From Octopus vulgaris (lineage: Eukaryota): a stretch of DNA of 64,000 bases. The notes under the pieces were generated by a model, which saw only the letters and a program-made list of their open reading frames with translations, was not told the origin of the DNA and did no database searches. Made by a program: the position numbers and the translations under genes. The DNA is taken from positions 13,330,001 through 13,394,000 of the forward strand of contig OX597819.1 in the NCBI GenBank assembly GCA_951406725.2, written 5' to 3'. This document shows positions 62,279 to 64,000 of this stretch, piece by piece. The first letter of the stretch is position 1, and each line of letters opens with the position of its first letter.

Positions 62279-64000
62279 ACAGGGGAAGGGCCCGGCATGT
62301 ACATCAACAAAATACTTTAAGACCTTTTTTACAATAAGAAACAGGGGAAGGGCCCAGCATGTACATCAACAAAATTCTTTAAGACCTTTTTTACAATAAC
62401 AAACAGGGGAAGGGCCCAGCATGTACATCAACAAAATACTTTAGGACCTTTTTTACAATAAGAAACAGGGGAAGGGCCCAGCATGTACATCAACAAAATA
62501 CTTTAAGACCTTTTTTACAATAAGAAACAGGGGAAGGGCCCAGCATGTACATCAACAAAATACTTTAGGACCTTTTTTTACAATAACAAACAGGGAAAGG
62601 GCCCAGCATGTACATCAACAAAATACTTTAGGACCTTTTTTACAACAACAAACAGGGGAAGGGCCCAGCATGTACATCAACAAAATACTTTAGGATCTTT
62701 TTTACAATAACAAACAAGGGAAGGGCCCAGCATGTACATCAACAAAATACTTTAGGACCTTTTTTACAACAACAAACAGGGAAAGGGCCCAGCATGTACA
62801 TCAACAAAATACTTTAGGACCTTTTTTACAATAACAAACAGGGGAAGGGCCCAGCATGTACATCAACAAAATACTTTAGGACCTTTTTTACAATAACAAA
62901 CAAGGGAAGGGCCCAGCATGTACATCAACAAAATACTTTAGGACCTTTTTTACAACAACAAACAGGGAAAGGGCCCAGCATGTACATCAACAAAATACTT
63001 TAGGACCTTTTTTACAATAACAAACAGGGGAAGGGCCCAGCATGTACATCAACAAAATACTTTAGGACCTTTTTTACAATAACAAACAAGGGAAGGGCCC
63101 AGCATGTATATCAACAAAATACTTTAGGACCTTTTTACAACAACAAACAGGAAAGGGCCCAACATGTACATCAACAAAATACTTTAGGACCTTTTTTACA
63201 ACAACAAACAGGGAAAGGGCCCAGCATGTACATCAACAAAATACTTTAGGACCTTTTTACAATAACAAACAAGGGAAGGGCCCAGCATGTACATCAACAA
63301 AATACTTTAGGACCTTTTTTACAACAACAAACAGGGAAAGGGCCCAACATGTACATCAACAAAATACTTTAGGACCTTTTTTTACAATAACAAACAGGGG
63401 AAGGGCCCAGCATGTACATCAACAAAATACTTTAAGACCTTTTTTACAATAACAAACAGGGAAGGGCCCAGCATGTACATCAACAAAATACTTTAGGACC
63501 TTTACAATAAGAACCAGGGAAGGGCCCAGCATGTACATCAACAAAATACTTTAAGACCTTTTTTACAATAAGAAACAGGGGAAGGGCCCAGCATGTACAT
63601 CAACAAAATACTTTAGGACCTTTTTTACAATAACAAACAGGGGAAGGGCCCAGCATGTACATCAACAAAATACTTTAGGACCTTTTTTACAATAACAAAC
63701 AGGAGAAGGGCCCAGCATGTACATCAACAAAATACTTTAGGACCTTTTTTACAATAACAAACAAGGGAAGGGCCCAGCATGTACATCAACAAAATACTTT
63801 AGGACCTTTTTTACAACAACAAACAGGGAAAGGGCCCAGCATGTACATCAACAAAATACTTTAGGACCTTTTTTACAATAACAAACAGGGGAAGGGCCCA
63901 GCATGTACATCAACAAAATACTTTAGGACCTTTTTTACAATAACAAACAAGGGAAGGGCCCAGCATGTATATCAACAAAATACTTTAGGACCTTTACAAC
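62279..64000. repeat. 62-bp intronic minisatellite, ~28 copies, runs off the window end
   Basis: Unit ACAGGGGAAGGGCCCAGCATGTACATCAACAAAATACTTTAGGACCTTTTTTACAATAACAA at 62279, 62341, 62403, 62465 and onward. Confidence 0.97.

Noticed and set aside
62279-64000. CRISPR-like array
   Set aside because: Units are contiguous with no unique spacers, no cas genes are present, and the context is a eukaryotic intron.

Overview
AT-rich, repeat-dense animal genomic DNA. The repeat repertoire suggests an octopod cephalopod (inference, not searched). The only host gene I can support is the 5' part of a TMEM63/OSCA (CSC1-like) mechanosensitive channel on the + strand. Its coding exons are 54324-54479 and 60861-60943, with a probable untranslated first exon ending at 2819 and a ~51 kb first intron. 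The rest is tRNA-headed SINEs (at least 6 families), 5'-truncated RTE and CR1-like LINEs, TTAA-flanked piggyBac-type MITEs, mariner/DD37D, Merlin-, pogo-, Helitron- and Helentron-type remnants, local duplications and a 62-bp minisatellite. Nearly all ORFs in the supplied track are repeat-derived noise. The most notable observation is a tRNA-headed SINE whose tail carries a Penelope-type minimal hammerhead ribozyme. It occurs in four copies, two of them forming an inverted pair flanked by one target-site duplication, which suggests a Pol III SINE mobilised by Penelope-like elements. SINE family letters and MITE numbers are my own working labels.
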